Assembly (NCBI GenBank): GCA_965644315.1
Contig: CBFFRQ010000018.1
Location: 558,001-622,000 of the forward strand
From: Caecitellus pseudoparvulus
Taxonomy: Eukaryota; Protista; Bigyra: Bicosoecida
Direction of reading: 5' to 3'
Length of the DNA stretch: 64,000 nt
Of the stretch, positions 43,651-53,445 are shown in pieces; position 1 is the stretch's first letter, and every line of letters starts with the position of its first letter. The notes below the pieces were generated by a model. The model made no database searches, had not been told where the DNA came from, and was given only the letters and a program-made list of their open reading frames with translations. A program made the position numbers and the translations under genes.

Positions 43651-46600
43651 ATGGCTCAAGGCCTGCAAGTTCCTCTGTCCGAGGCCTTGCAAGTGATCCA
43701 AGCATTCCTCAAAGGGTGCGGCTATGTGCACGCCATGCGCACCCTGGAGCTTGAGAGCGGAGTGGCAAATGTGCAAGCCTGCGAGGTATGGTCAGCGAAA
43801 CGGCAGCTGAAACTCCAGCGTTTCCTGCTTCCAAACGCGGAGCTACATGATTCCCTATCGCCCAATTGCCGCCCAGAAGCAACTTGATCTCCGAAGTTCT
43901 GCACTTGATGGCGATTTTCCCTCTGTACTTGCTTGGATAAAGGTGCGGGGCGCCTTGGCTGCAATGGGCCGCACTTGGCGCTCAGCCGACTTCCCTGCAC
44001 CACAGGAGGAGCTAGGCGGCGATGGCCAAGCTGCCCTGGACGCCGAGCGGGTGGCTCTGGAGCAGCTCTTTATAGAGATTGTTGCTGGAAGTGTGGGTCT
44101 TGCTCCACGCCTGGCTGGCGTTCCTTGTTCGACAGGCCCTTCTTGCCGATTGCGCAGTTTTCGCCGAGTCTCGGCTCCCCTCGAACTGTGTTGCAAGCAA
44201 CGCTCACGCGCCTCGAAGACCTCTGCGAGCATGACGCTTTCCAGTCCCTCTTGCTACTCCTGGAGTGTGACGATGTCCGACAGCACGCTGACTACTCGTC
44301 GTGGACGCCCCACAAAGGCCGCATGCACATGTACACCCACATCTCCAGTCTGCGCGCAAGCTTGCAAGAGCAAGGACCAACCGCCCCCACGTGCCCTGAT
44401 CATGTTGCTCCTGCCACCATGTTGCTGCGTGCCTTCGCACACGCCGCAGAGGCTCAGGCTGCCGACGTGCCACATGCCGTGTCAGGCCAGGGAGCATTCT
44501 ACTCACCTGTGCGCGACCGCATTTTGCTCCCAGCAGCAGCCTCCTCTGCTGCTGCAGGCCCGCTAGCCCCTGGTGATCCGGCATGGCGCCAAGTTGGCGG
44601 AGCTTCACCTGCCCTCATGAAGGTGAAGCAGAACTGTCCCGCAGTGTCATACGTTGCGGCACTTGCCAAGGCTGCATCCCCAGACACAGCTGCCGCTTCA
44701 AAGACGTCTGACAAGCAAAAGCGAAGCCCTAGAAAGCATCGTAGCCGGCACCGGTCCCGCCACGGGCGATCTCGGAGGTCCCACCGTCGTGGAGGCAGCC
44801 GCCATGGGCACAGACACAGGCGGCGACATCGCAAGCGGCGCAGCTACTCCTCCAGCTCATCAGCTTCTACGGCAGCCTCTGAGAGCTCCCCTCATACCTC
44901 ATCAGCTGAATCTGTGCCTGAGGTGTCTGAGCTGCTCCGTGTGCAGCGCTTGGCCAGTCACGCCAGCGCTTCCCCTGCTAGCGCAGTTGATCGAGAGGGC
45001 CGCACTGCGATTGCGGCTGCATTGCCAATGCCCGAGTCGCCCCCCCAGGCGCCCGAGCAGCAACTTCCTCCCAAGGTCCCCCCGCCGGTTGCATTTGTCG
45101 TGGACACGTCTTCTGGCGCGCCCAGTCACAGCGCCAAGCCTGCAGCCACCACGTCACAGCCACCAGTGCCTGCTGAGCAGCCCAAGCATCTGCCTGTGGC
45201 CTGGGAGATCGATGTGGCGGGCGATGGCGCTGGTTCCAAGGCGCAACTTGCATCAGCTTCTTTCTCTCCCCCTCCCCTGTCCAGCAGGCGGCGGGACCAG
45301 GCAGACGGGGCCCGCCGTCGCGGCGCGCGGCAGCCCAGCACCGGGTCTGGCCGCGCTCCCATGCGAAGGGCACGGTCCAGGGAGGCCACAGCACAGGTGC
45401 AACCTAGGGACTCAGGGACTGCACTCCCTCATGATGATGCCCTTTTGGTCGGGGCTGAGCATTTGGAGGGCTTGCCTCAGGCCGATGCGCAATCTCCCCT
45501 CCACGGTGACTCTGCCCTTGCCGCCGCTGCGTCCCCTCCTGCACCTGCGCCAGAGAACTCCGGCAATGCTGTCGCCGCAGGCTACTCCACATCTCCATCA
45601 GGTGTGGTTGCTGCTCTGGAAGCTGTGCTGATGGACTCACACCTTTCCGACGATGATCAGGGAGCTGACTTGGCTCTCTCTCCGACACCCTCCCCAGCCG
45701 CCGCGGCAGCTGCCGCGACTGCAGAGGGCCACGACACCCCACCACGCTCTGCTTCATCGCCAAGTGCTGCTGCGTCTCCCGACTTCCCGAAGCAGGTGCC
45801 CGATGAGGAGGTGGTACACCCCCAGACTGCCCTACACTCACCATCCACTGCTCCCCCTCAGCATGCAGCCGAGCTGGCGGCGGCGGACATGGTGCAGCCT
45901 GCACCTTTGAGCCCAGAAGGACCTCGAGAGACCATGGCTGAGGCACGATTCAACGCAAAAGCCCCAGACCACCTGTTACCGTGGGCCCCGGAACCCACTG
46001 AGGGCACGCATTGGTTCCCTGCTGACTGCTTGGAAGACCGCCTGCCAGTGCGCACTGCCGCGTTTGATGGAAGTGGGACGTTTCTCGCTGTGGGCACCAA
46101 CAGCAAGTCTCTGCTCATCGCAGCAGTCCCGCCCGAGGTGTGGAACCCTGCCCAGCCAGCGGTTGACGCAGGCTCTGGCGGGCACGTCACCCAAGCCCCA
46201 AGCGCAGTGCCAGCGCCCCTAGCCTTGACGCGGGAGTACTCCCCATTCCATGCTGGGTCCGTCTACTGCACCGCCTGGTCGAACAACTCCGGCAATGATA
46301 GCAGCATTCCTCCAGGCACAAGCAGCACCCCTGCCCTCCTCGCCACCTGCTCCAACGACACCACCATGCACGTGCTCAAGTGGACGTACAGCGAGCCGTG
46401 CCACGTCTTTCAGGAAGGAGATGCCGCTGGTCCCGAGGCAGTCGCTGTGCTGCGCGGCAACAGCGGCACCCTGCGTTCCGTCGCATTTCTGGGCCCCAGC
46501 ACGCTCACATGTGCAGGCGGGCGTGACTTTGCCCTGCGCCTGTGGGATGTGGCATCCCTCACGCGGGAGGCTCCGGGAGACCTGGACACAGACTCACCCA

Positions 46601-47190
46601 CGGCAGTGCTGGCTGGGCACACAGGCAGCGTCTTTGGAATTTCCAGGTACGGCCCTGCGGGGGACGCTGCGATGCTGGCGAGCTGCGCAGACGATGGCAC
46701 CGTTCGGCTGTGGGATGCCCGTGCGGGTGCCTGTGTGGACACCATCACCGTCACGACCATGGGCAGCCCTGGGCGGTCTGTGCGACCTGTAGCAGTGCAC
46801 GGAGTTGCGGTGGACCACGTCGCAAGCCGGGGAGTGGGGGGCAAAGTGCTCGCGGCTGCAGGTGCGGATGGCATCGTGCGCATCATTGACCCTCGCGGCA
46901 CCCGCTCAGCCCGCGTGGCAAGCAGCGCAGCCCTGCACGCGGGCAGCGACTCTCGGACTGTCGCGTTTGCGCCCTGTGGGAACTTGCTTGCTTCTGGCGG
47001 CTTTGATGGCAGCATTGCCGTCAGCAGCACTTTGGGGGGTGTCCTGGAGCCGTTGCAGCAGCTGCCTGCTGCGCACAGGGACAAAGTCCTGTGCGTTGCC
47101 TGGCATCCATGGGCAGCGTCCTTTGTTTCCACGGGCGCTGATTGTGCCACAAAGCTGTGGGTAGGCTATTCCGGAACAGCGGATGCTTGA
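43651..47190 (+). CDS. WDR47: WD repeat protein 47 (LisH-CTLH-WD40; nemitin), ciliary central-pair factor
   Basis: LisH-like ALQVIQAFLKGCGYVHAMRTLELESGV; WD40 blocks LEDRLPVRTAAF..LAVGTNSK, HAGSVYCTAWS, LLATCSND, HRDKVLCVAWHP..FVSTGAD. Confidence 0.9.
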
Positions 47191-47273
47191 CGTGGCAAAT
47201 GCAGCGGGCGGAAATGCCTGTGGCCTGCACAGCGCCCTTCTGACGCCCGCGACACCGTCACTGGAAGTCGGCC

Positions 47274-47622
47274 CACTAGTAATTTACGTCTTCGAACCCT
47301 CCCTGGCGTAGTGAGGAAACCCACAGTAGTGCGCTGAACTTGAGAAAATGATTGACTAGTGTGGGTGCCAGTGCGAGTTTTCACACGGTCGGCTGTGCTA
47401 GTGCCAAGTCTGCGCTAGTGAAGTGCACGGCGTGCATCACTGGGTTGATCTTGCTAGTGTGACCAGGATTTGCCAAAACTGTTCAACACTGATTTCTCTA
47501 GGGGTAGGTTGTGCGCTAGCGCGCTAGACCTTTGCGAAGCGTCGCTAGTGTGAGCGGGGTTGAGAGCTGGTGCAGGGTCAGCTGTACTAGTGCGAGAGCT
47601 GTACTAGTAAGGAGACCTGCCT
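47274..47622. repeat. Degenerate ~80-98 bp tandem repeat (4 units), each with three (C)TAG(TG) sites
   Basis: TAG triplets at 47277/47309/47327, 47357/47399/47416, 47455/47499/47517 and 47546/47588/47605. Segments 47354-47433 and 47543-47622 align ungapped at 50/80 by hand count. Confidence 0.7.
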
Positions 47623-48280
47623 CCAGCTGCTGTTATGGCAACACACCCACACTACTGAGCATGAAGCTGGCGGGGCCGCCGACTCTGTGCACCCTCTCCT
47701 TCGTTATTTCAAGCCATGCACGCTTCCTCTTTGGGCCGTGATGGTGTTAGTGGTCTGGGGGGTGCCCTGCGTCGACTGGCGTTGCGTTTCGCTGCTGGCC
47801 AACGCCTTCACAACGCCTGCCCCAGGGGGGCCGGGCGGGACTCCTACCTCATCCCCGGCACCCAGTATACCCATCATCACCTAGCTTTAGGTACGGCATG
47901 TCCCATTGCCCTGCGATGGTCTTTCAGGAAGGTCTGAGCGAGCGCCGCCCAAAGCAGCGTCTGGCCCAAACAGCTCTGTGACAAGGTGAAACGCCACGTG
48001 CTGAATTTCAGCCTGTGCAGCCGGTGCCGCATGGCAGGAACGGTGCATGCCCCAGATAGCGAACCTACCCTCCCATGGGTCATGGGTGCGTGCTGGGCTT
48101 CGGGCAATGCGGGCGGGTGGCCCCCACTTCTCGCTCCTGCATTTCCTGGCTTTCTCCACATCCCAGCGTTGCACCCACTTCCAGCCCTGAACCTGCCGGC
48201 ATTGCTGCGCACTCACCCCAAACGTTCACCATGTCACTCACATTCCCCATGGGGGACCTCCACAGCGAGGAGGGAGCCCA

Positions 48281-50349
48281 ATGGCAAGGGCCGAATTCAC
48301 TGGTGCAGGCGCTCATCTCTGCGATGCTGCCCGCCTGCTCAACTGCAGCAAGGCCGCCAGCGCTGTGATGACTCGGAAGCGTCCACTAAGTGTGGTACCT
48401 TCGTCTTCCAGAGCTATCAGCCGTGCTGCCGCCGTCGTTGAGACGCCTTTGATCCTACAAGGTGACGATGGTGCGGGCAGCTTCCCGCTGCGTGTGTGAC
48501 GCTCACGCCTCCACCCACCTTTCCCCCTGAAATCGTCTGCAGCCGAGACGGCCACTTTCACATCTTTATGTAACAAAGATCTCGTTGGCGCAGCTGCTAT
48601 TGGTAGTATCGCCGCTAAAGCTGCCCGTCCTTGCCTGTCAAACGGCTGCTGATGCCACAGCGATCGACGAGTTGCGTTGCAGAAGGCTAACGCCAACGCC
48701 AACGCCAACGCCAACCCAGAAGCCCTCATGGCAGAGGCGATGGCCGACTGCAGGCCTGTCAAGGCACCCAAGCCGCTTGATGTCGCAGAGGAAGTTGTTT
48801 CGCTGCTGGAGATGGCCACGTTTTCGGGTACTCCTCTCCAACAAGCGATTGTCAAGGCGATGCGCAGCATGTTTGTGTGCTCTGCAACCGACAGGCCCTA
48901 CCTCCACCGCGCAGCTGGTATGGGACAGGCGAGGATGTCCCATTTGGAGGACGCAGTGTCTCCAGCGGCGAAGGCGCAGGAGACGAAGACCTCCAAGAAG
49001 CATGCTGCGCATGCCAGAGACCACCTTGCTGCTATCCTGGAGAAGGAGACCGACGCCGACCCAGTTCCATGGGCCCCAAAGTTCAGGGCAGAAGCCCTCC
49101 GCATCGGAGTCGGCCTGATTCATAAAATCCCCAACTTCATCTTCGCTGACGCCAAAGTCTTGGTCGACACCCTGTAGGCAGCAATCAACACTGTCGCCTC
49201 CGAGCAGGTTCCTCCCCTCCAGGTGGTTGAAGACTTGGAGGAAGACGGGGAACAGCCAGATGCACATGACTCGAACCCTGCTCAGCATGACACCAACTTC
49301 TCTTCGCCATGGCAGAGTATGTGCCTCGAAAGTGTGCGAGCAGGAGCGAACAAGGCCTCTCTGCAAGAGGAGATGGCCGAGCAGGGTAGTGTGCTTCGTG
49401 CTCTGGAGGACATGGTGTCGGTCAGCAAGCATGCAAAATATGCAGGTCTCGCAAAGACACTGAAGAGTGCCAGCAACAAGTGCCGCGCGAAGATCACGAG
49501 GTGAGTGGACGGAAGGTGCCTGTCGTGCCTGCGCAGCACAGGATGGTGCACTCCTGGAGCTCTGTTCAGTGTGGAGTGCCTGGGAAGTTTTGGGGCGTGG
49601 AACGAGATGAAGAGGAAGTACAATCCTGTTCAAGAGAAGTGCACTGGAGGGGCGGCTGGTCGGTCTGACCACAGCATGACCCTGTTCGAGGTGTCATCCG
49701 AGGATCCCGAATACCGCCACAGCTGGGTGCCCAAGGTGTGTATGGGTATGCCTGTAGACCGGCTGGGGCGAAGCTGTGTCCAGTTGCTGCTTCTCCACCA
49801 TAGTTCTTCGTGCCGCAGGTCAGGGGCAAAAGAAGGACATCCGACCGCTTCAGTCAGCGTGCATCCGTGCTGGAGGTGGACGTTTGCCGCTCTCGCATCA
49901 TTGGAGACGACTCCATCAAGGCTGTCTTCGAGTGCCCACCCATCGGAGGATCGGGTGCCGCCTGCACACGGTACGGCCCCAGCCTCGATTGATTGGAAGA
50001 GGCCCTTCGCGGCCCGGAAGTTGTCGCCACAGGGGCTCGTGCTGTCTTGGGGTGGATGGAGGCTGTGTACAAAGTCGCTGTCAACTGCTTGAACATCAAG
50101 AACAAGCAATGGGTGGTTGGTTGTGGGGACCTGGGCGTCCTCACCCCCGCCGACAAGAAGCGTGCGTCCTGCATGTTGGCCATGGTGTGGACGTCCCTCC
50201 GCATGAAGCACCATGTACACACGGAGCTGGTCGGGCTCTCTCGTCGCCTCGTGTCCGCTTTGGGCTGTTGCTCTTTGGCTTGGTATTGGTGCCGGAGCAT
50301 TGAAGCTGAAGTGCTTGTGGTCATTGAACGGCTTTACAGGTGTTGTTGA
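48281..50349 (+). pseudogene. Spliced orphan gene (~614 codons) with three in-frame stops
   Basis: Consensus introns 48471-48542, 49501-49569 and 49736-49818 keep the phase and join the ORF pieces into one frame. Stops are TGA 48650, TAG 49175 and TGA 49990. Confidence 0.6.
48689..48715 (+). repeat. (AACGCC)4.5 microsatellite encoding a poly-(Asn-Ala) tract
   Basis: aacgcc x4 + aac, read directly. Confidence 0.9.
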
Positions 50350-50379
50350 ATGCATGTGGGTCACGGCAGGCTGGCCCTA

Positions 50380-50580
50380 CTTTACTAGTAAAGGATGTGC
50401 TACTAGGAGGAAGTGCTGCTTGCGGGAGCGCTAGTAGTGCCCAGGGCAGCTGCGCGCACTAGTAGCGCTCCCAGCACGCGGAAATTCACTAGTGCGAGGC
50501 TCCGCCACCACCTCTCACTAGTGCAGGCCTGGAGATGCATTCTCACTAGGAGCGCAGAACCTCCTCTCAAAAATACTAAT
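50380..50580. repeat. ~29-bp-period array of (C/T)ACTAG motifs with a 14-bp palindrome and a 17-bp hairpin
   Basis: CTAG at 50403, 50431, 50459, 50489, 50518, 50546 and CTAA at 50576 (spacings 28,28,30,29,28,30). Palindrome CTTTACTAGTAAAG at 50380-50393. Stem 50424-50440/50456-50472 with one mismatch. Confidence 0.75.
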
Positions 50581-50898
50581 ATGACCTTTGAACTCTGGTG
50601 AAAAAGCACGCGTCAAAACTCTGCTAGCGGAGCGCTGTCAGGTGACGGCATCCTGGTGCTCGGGGCTAGACGATAGGATGTGAGGCTCAGCCGATCCATC
50701 GCTCTTGCTAGTTGAAATCTACTTTCCGATCCCCGTGGGCATCGTAGCCTAGCTTCATGCCCCAATTTCTGTGCATCGTTGGCCTCTGGCCAACCCAAAC
50801 TCCTCAACACTGAAAACTACTTCACACCAACGCACTCTGAATCAAACGCGAAGGCTCCCTGACTGGCCTGAACATTGAAAGCTTGAGTGCAGTTCGCC

Positions 50899-51578
50899 AT
50901 GCTGGCCAGAGCGGCTCGCGTGTTGCGCCGCTGCCAACTTGGCGCACATGCTCCGAGACGAAGCAAGGCCAGTCTGTCACAGGTGCGTGCGCTCGTCGTG
51001 TTTCCAGGCTGGCACGAGGAATAAGCAAAGCACGGCTTTCGCATGTGTGATGAACGTCTGGTGCATTCGTGCGTCTGTGCAGGTGCTTGGTCAGCCAGCT
51101 TGGAGTTTGCGGAAGTTGGAGAGCCCAGTAGAGCACTCCGAGGCAGTCAGCGAGGAGGAGGTGAGCGCCTCTGATGCAGCCTGCACCGAGGTAGCACCCT
51201 GAACGCTCGATTTTGTTCTTGCAGTTGGATCACCTCCTGCGACTGTCCTTGTTGAGCGGCGCGAAGCTCAGTGCAGCCGAGCGTGCTGGCCTGAAGCAGG
51301 ACTTGGCAGCCATCTTGGCATTCGCCCGAATGGTCCAAGCAGAGGCGCACAGGCTAGGCGATGAACCACGAGAAGCCCTTTGGCAAGGTGACCTGCCTCT
51401 TTCTCTCAGTGCTTCTGACTGCCTCCCAGACCCCGACAAGCTGCCAGATGAGGCCAGTACCCTGCACACGCTGAGAGACGACACCATTGAAGGAGTGCTG
51501 CCGAGGGACAGCTTGCTGGAAAGTGCCCCCCAGTCTGAGCACGGCTTTTTCAGCGTTCCCAAGACCATGCAGCGCTGA
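50899..51578 (+). CDS. GATC: Glutamyl-tRNA(Gln) amidotransferase subunit C, mitochondrial (3 exons)
   Basis: Presequence MLARAARVLRRC, PAWSL, LDHLLRLSLL, LKQDLAAILAFARMVQ, TLRDD...LLESAPQSEHGFFSVPK. Confidence 0.85.
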
Positions 51579-51583
51579 TGCGA

Positions 51584-53136
51584 TCATAGCTCGGCCAGAA
51601 GAGACGCCAGCGGGCGGGCCCGGGGGCGCTGTGGTCTGGCTCGTTTTCGCCGTGCACTTTCTGCTGCTGCCTCGTGTACCTCAGCTGATGTCCCAATTGC
51701 AGGTGCTGCGCGAGGAGGAACGTCTCTAGAGGTAGCCAATTGATCGAGCCCCCTGAGCAGGTCGGCAGGCGTGCCACCGCTTGCAGCGAAGGCATCATAG
51801 GTGCCCACCGCCAGCCTACTCAGCGCTTGTTGCAGGGCACCGTCCCACTGTGGCACGGCTGGAAGCTCCGCCGCTTCTGGCTGCAGCAGTAGCCCCTGCC
51901 TGGTGCGCAGGCGGTGCACAAGTCCTCGCCCCCCGCTTTCTTCAGCTGCGCGTGGGCGGCGGCGAGCCAGGGTAGCGGACTCTGCTGCGGCTCGGCAGTG
52001 CACCACGTACGAATGAGCACGTGCATGCCACGAGGCGAGGACCATGCTTGGCTGTCACAGCAAAGCAGCAAGTAGCATTTCTGCAGTGCGGCAGCGACGT
52101 ACGTGGGAGCGTTTGGGAGGCGCTTGCTGCGGTGGCCAGCTGCGCTCAGCGCACCTTGCGCTGCAGTACCAGGCTGAGGTGCTGCCACATGACTGCTGCT
52201 TCTTCTGTTGCTGGCTTGACAAACCAGGCATCCGCCCTGTGGGGGCGGGCCGCGTATGTTGGCGCAGGGAGGCGCCGGCGTGCACATCAGCTCTACTCAC
52301 GCTAGGTCGGCGATGCTGAGTGAGGAAGAATGTATCAGTTTGGTGCCCAGGGCTTGGACCGCAGCATCATCACTCGAGTGCTTAAAGTGCCCGCTTCTAG
52401 GGTAGCCCGTCGGCAGGGCCGCTGGTGTCGCGTCAAGTTGCAGCGGCTGCAGATGTGGCGCGCCATCTTGAGGCGCCTCAAAGCTGATGGCGAATGCGAC
52501 CTTTTGCACAAAGGCGCGTGCAACATGACTAAGAGCGTGTTGCAGGGAAGCCGTATGGGCATAGATTGGCTGCAAAACTAGCCCTGGGCCGGCTGCTGCC
52601 TCCACCTCGCGGCCAGGCTGGCAAACTTGTGCCACGTGCAACACGGGTGCCACATCCTTGAGAGCCGCGAGGGATTCGTCACACAGCCGCTGAGGGGTGG
52701 GGGTCAGAACAAAGCAAAAGTCACCTTTGAGCTTCTTGCTTGCGGCCACCCAGACTCTACTTTCATCAGCGGCTGGGCGCGTGGCAGCCATGCTCCGCAC
52801 TTTGAGCTGCTCCAGCACAGCCTGTGAAGCTGCTCTAAAGTCCGCTGGCTTGCTGCTGGACATGTCGCAGCTAACCCGCGATAACTGGAGCGCGCCTGCT
52901 TCATCCTGGTGAATGACACAGCTGTGCAGAGCGTGGCAAGCCTGCCCTCCCAGGGACTGTCCTTGCACGCAAAGAAACGCAGCGCAAAGCACCTCGCTGA
53001 GCAGCGGCCCAAGCGCAGTCGACAGCTGCAGTGCTGCTCCAGGATGCGCGATTGGTGGTCTGAGGTCTACTAGCACCACTGCAGTGTGGTTTGGTGCGTC
53101 CTTTGGCTGCTTTTCGCCGCAGGCTGCGGCGGCCAT
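51584..53136 (-). CDS. Uncharacterised protein, possibly M1AP (meiosis 1 arrest protein)-like (4 exons)
   Basis: Spliced product: HTAVVLVDLRPP...AWFVKP..VMWQHLSLVLQRK|KCYLLLCC...MHVLIP|EESGGRGLVHRLRTRQGLLLQP...ALSRLAVGTYDAF. It is patterned like the M1AP N- and C-terminal blocks as recalled. The gene is well supported; the identity is tentative. Confidence 0.45.
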
Positions 53137-53445
53137 TGTGTGCAGTTTCAGTGCCGAAACGCGGCAAGGCCTGCCCTGGTGCGGAGAAGTGACCAGGCTC
53201 AAAGGCAGCGCTGCTTTTGTGAAAAGAAGAATGAGTGTGTAGCTTGTGTACTGAAATTGACAATCGCGCGCTCGTGAGCGTTGCCACTGATGCGAATGTG
53301 CACTTGGCAGGGCGCCAGAACCCGCGGCAGAGAAACTGCCTTCTCTCATGCAGAGGCAAAGAATCGCGCTCAGCACTTCCAAGACGGCGGCTGGGGAGCG
53401 CGAAAGTGACGAGCGGGCCTCGTCAGGACTTCCTGCTCGGAATTC

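Larger units (their letters stand above)
47274..50752. mobile_element. Putative degenerate DNA transposon-like insertion with inverted subterminal CTAG-core arrays (family unassigned)
   Basis: 3.7 kb gap between recognisable genes in an otherwise tightly packed region. Eleven CTAG in 47276-47607 and eleven in 50385-50752. TAGTG is biased left and CACTA right. An orphan stop-interrupted gene lies between. No TSD or transposase motif found. Confidence 0.5.

Noticed and set aside
48689-48715. Telomere-like repeat
   Set aside because: AACGCC is in frame within the orphan gene, has only 4.5 copies and is not a TTAGGG-type unit.
48650-49992. Selenocysteine or alternative genetic code explanation for the in-frame stops (GC*C context at 48650)
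   Set aside because: One stop is TAG, neighbouring genes use TGA, TAG and TAA as normal terminators, and I recognise no SECIS core or selenoprotein fold.
50380-50580. CRISPR-like repeat-spacer array
   Set aside because: The conserved core is only ~6-12 bp and degenerate, the period (~29 bp) is too short, there are no cas genes, and the context is eukaryotic.
47449-50813. LTR-like direct repeats (TCTTGCTAGT and TCAACACTGA shared by both flanks)
   Set aside because: Only 10-bp matches with non-collinear spacing (~34 versus ~101 bp), and no gag/pol.
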